A DNA stretch of 64,000 nt, taken from positions 124,001 through 188,000 of the forward strand of contig QPGO01000052.1 in NCBI GenBank assembly GCA_008632985.1, read 5' to 3'. The notes below the pieces were generated by a model. That model was not told where the DNA came from, ran no database searches, and saw only the letters and a program-made list of their open reading frames with translations. The DNA is from Psammoneis japonica (taxonomy: Eukaryota). Below are positions 61,030-64,000 of the stretch, piece after piece. Numbering within the stretch: the first letter of the stretch is position 1; each line of letters begins with the position of its first letter. The position numbers and the translations under genes are program-made.

Positions 61030-63900
61030 TCGAACACCGACCATGGCCACACCCCTGAGCAGGGGCTTTCTGGCCTGGTGAGATCTGATTGGTTCGGAGC
61101 TCACTGTGCACGCTTCTCGCTTCAAAACGTTGTCACCTCATGTTGGGATCGATTTTCACTGACAACCATTGTGCACCAGGCAAAAGGCTTTCCTCAGAGG
61201 CCCCTGGCTGCACTGTGCAAGCAGTCCTTCTTGCACTCCCAAATCTGGCTTGGCTCTCACAGGACCCCATTTTTCCTTTGGCCCTGGCACAAAAAAGGGA
61301 GGGGGCAAAGAACAGCAGCCCACACAGCTTTGCCTGTGCACAGCCATGTGTGCCATTTTCACACTTTGCTGCCACAGACAGGTGCTGAGCCACAAGTCAT
61401 GGGCAGTGCTGCTGATGATGCATGGGCACTGGTGCATCCCACACAGTGGCAGTGAGAAGCAGGCTGTTGCGAACAACTCAACAAATGTCGCAACATTTTT
61501 TTTGTGAGATTTTGTGCTCAGCCAGGCACTTCTCTTGTGAGCACTCTGTTTGGCTCTGCTTGTGCTTTGCACAACAAGAGCTCTGCAGTGTTTCTTGTTG
61601 TGTGCTGCCATAAAATGATGTGACAAGGTGCCAGCACGGAGAAAGACACCCTCTTCAGAGCTGCCTGCCTGATGCAGGGAGAGTGAGCAAGAGAGAAACC
61701 TGCTTTTTGGCTCTCTGTCTGGGGGTGCCCCACTTGGGAAACCCACTCAGGAAAAATTTCAAGCAAAGCAACAAACAGAGGCAATCTGCTGGCAGGCAGA
61801 AAACCGCCATTTGACCAGGTGATCAAAGTGCGGCATGGCTTTGTTGCCCGTGCACAACCTCCCTCCCTTTGGACTGCACTTTTCTGAGTCCCGCCTGGTG
61901 CTGTTGAATGATGTGTGGGTGCTCTGGTGTGCGCTGGATTTGTGCACAGCAGCTGTGAAGCAACAAAAACAACTCAACAAATCTCATGAAATTTTTAGAT
62001 GCCAAGATTTCATGTTGTTTCAGACATGCTTCTCTTGTGACCAGCACTCTGTTTGCTCTGCTTGTTTTTTGAGCAAGAGGAAAGAGGAGTGCTGGCGGCA
62101 CAGAGAAAGTCAGCCTTCAGAGCTGCCTGTTGCATGGAGAGAAAGAAAAAAAAGAGAAAAATTTGCTCTTTTGCTCTCTGCCCAGATGTCCCACCCAGGA
62201 GAAGAGTTTGTCCTGCTCCTGAGACAAAAAAGCAACGGCAAATGCAGAGACAACCTCCTGCTGCAATTTTGCAAAGCCAGCTGAAGTTGTGATCTGTCAC
62301 ACACACACACACACACACTTTTGAAACAAATTGCTGTGTCAATTGTCATGGTTGCTTTGGCTGTTTTCTGATGACACATGGCTCATCCAAATTTCATTGT
62401 GAGCTGGATCTGCCGGAGTCAAGTCATCATTGAATGACATCATCTGCACGTGATTGCTGTGCAAACATGAAAGCTCAAGCCCTTGTTGGCTCTTCTATGC
62501 ACTTGATTGAGCACTTCTTTGGAAGTTGGTTTGAGGCAAAATGATGTGTTTGCCTGTGGAAGCAGTCATCTGATTTGCTGGCCACAATGGAGAAACACCA
62601 TTTGATGACCAGCAAGCTTGCTTCTTGCGTGTGCGTCAATTGCATGCACAGGCCCAGTGCAGCAGTTGACATTTGTGCTCTTCTTTTTGATTGTTTGTGT
62701 TGTTCAAGCAGGCGCCATGGGCAAGGGCAAGCCTCGGTGCACATGACAGAAGGCAGCCTTTTTTCACAAAGGTCGCAGGGTGCTTCAAACAGCTTGACAG
62801 AGGGCAGCCTTTTTCACGAAGGTCGCAAGGTGCTTCAGACAGCTTGGGTGGCTCTTTGAGCATGTCATGTCTGAACCCCCATGGACCCAACAACACCTGT
62901 GAGTTGTGGGCCCATTTCAATGTGTTTCGTTTGCAATTTGATCATCTTGCTGAGTCACAACTTGTGTCTCACACTCTTTTTTCCAGATGTTGACCACACA
63001 TTTGCAGATGAATGTGCATGGCCAATGGTGAAAAGCAGGAGCCAAACATTTGTGCAACTCTCATCTCTGTTTGAGCACCACAGCCATGTGCATTCTCAAG
63101 ATTGTTGCTCATTCAAGCCACCCAAATGTCTGGACCACACTTGTTTTTTCTCTGACTTTTCCTGCTTGCAGCCAGCTTGTAAGACTGCAAGACCCACAAG
63201 CACAATCAGGACAGAATGTTTTGTGTGCTTTGAGTGCCCACGCACAACTGCGCCATTGGCCACAAGTCTCGGACAAGCAGAAATCACCTGTCTTCTCAAG
63301 TCCTCACCCAAGAACATGACAACAGTTTTCCAAGTCACAAGTCAGTCAATGTGCCAGGATTCTTGTTTGAATCATCAGGCTGTTTTGAGTCAAAACAGTT
63401 AAAGACAGAAGAAATGCCAGGACATTTCAACAGCATTTGTTGTTCTGCAGGAATGGCATTCTGTTTCTTGGGGTCATGGTTTGTGTCATGCACCCTCAGA
63501 GCCTTTTGCATTGATTTCAGTCCTCTGCTTGAATCGCGTTGACACTCCCAAGATTCTGTCATCCATGCTGCCAAGAACCAAGCGAGACAAAGAATCACAT
63601 TTGCATTCAGGATTTGTGGAGCTCAACAAGACCTGCCAATTGTCTTCAAACGAAGAACTCTGTCACAGGTTTGACAAAATGTTGTGATGACAATCAAGAT
63701 GTGGCACGCTGTGTTGCTGCCTCAAGCCCACCGGTTGAATGGGAGTTCAAGTGGATGATTGGCTCAAAGTCTCCAACATTCCAATGTCAGACGCTCTCCC
63801 ATGAAACAGCTGCTCAGGTTTCTCAAACTCTGGGATCTTGAATGAAGCGAATCTTCCTCCAAGCTTGAAGTCGACGGCGAGCGACGGAAGCTTTGAACTC
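61030..63900. other. Second TpA/CpG-depleted domain (unidentified decayed repeat or transposon) with internal duplications
   Basis: About five TA dinucleotides in about 2.9 kb. Duplicated blocks at 61474/61970, a 51-bp tandem pair at 62744-62845, and (CA)10 at about 62298-62318. Confidence 0.85.
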
Positions 63901-64000
63901 TACGTGCAAGCTAAGCTCCTCCAAGCATCGATCACTCAAGTCATTCGGGTTTCTCCATAGCACGAACTGCATCGACATGCATCTCGCAGTTTCATCGAGT

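Overview
Eukaryotic genomic window, most likely from a pennate diatom. This is inferred from the short GT-AG introns, diatom-type Copia/Gypsy/LINE remnants and the gene set; the species cannot be determined. Two gene-rich zones of ordinary composition (about 1-7.3 kb and about 42-61 kb) hold an orphan multi-exon gene, two exon-like tandem arrays, two prolyl 4-hydroxylase paralogs, a PPR gene, a NEF1-like membrane protein, an NXD1/ADC-like gene and hypothetical genes. These alternate with two compositionally transformed domains (8.2-42.0 kb and about 61.0-63.9 kb) made of decayed retrotransposons, repeats and an inverted, dead paralog of the first gene. The main signal: in these domains TpA as well as CpG has been almost erased, and both are converted to TpG/CpA. 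Tyr codons become His/Cys, Arg becomes His/Cys/Gln/Trp, and splice sites and stop codons are lost. Aligned repeat copies and the gene/pseudogene pair show this directly. TpA loss extends beyond CpG loss and depends on context. This looks like a repeat-targeted hypermutation process running opposite to fungal RIP. Dinucleotide counts are approximate hand counts, and family assignments come from motif recognition, not database searches. There are two assembly gaps (7274-8200, 40687-40953).
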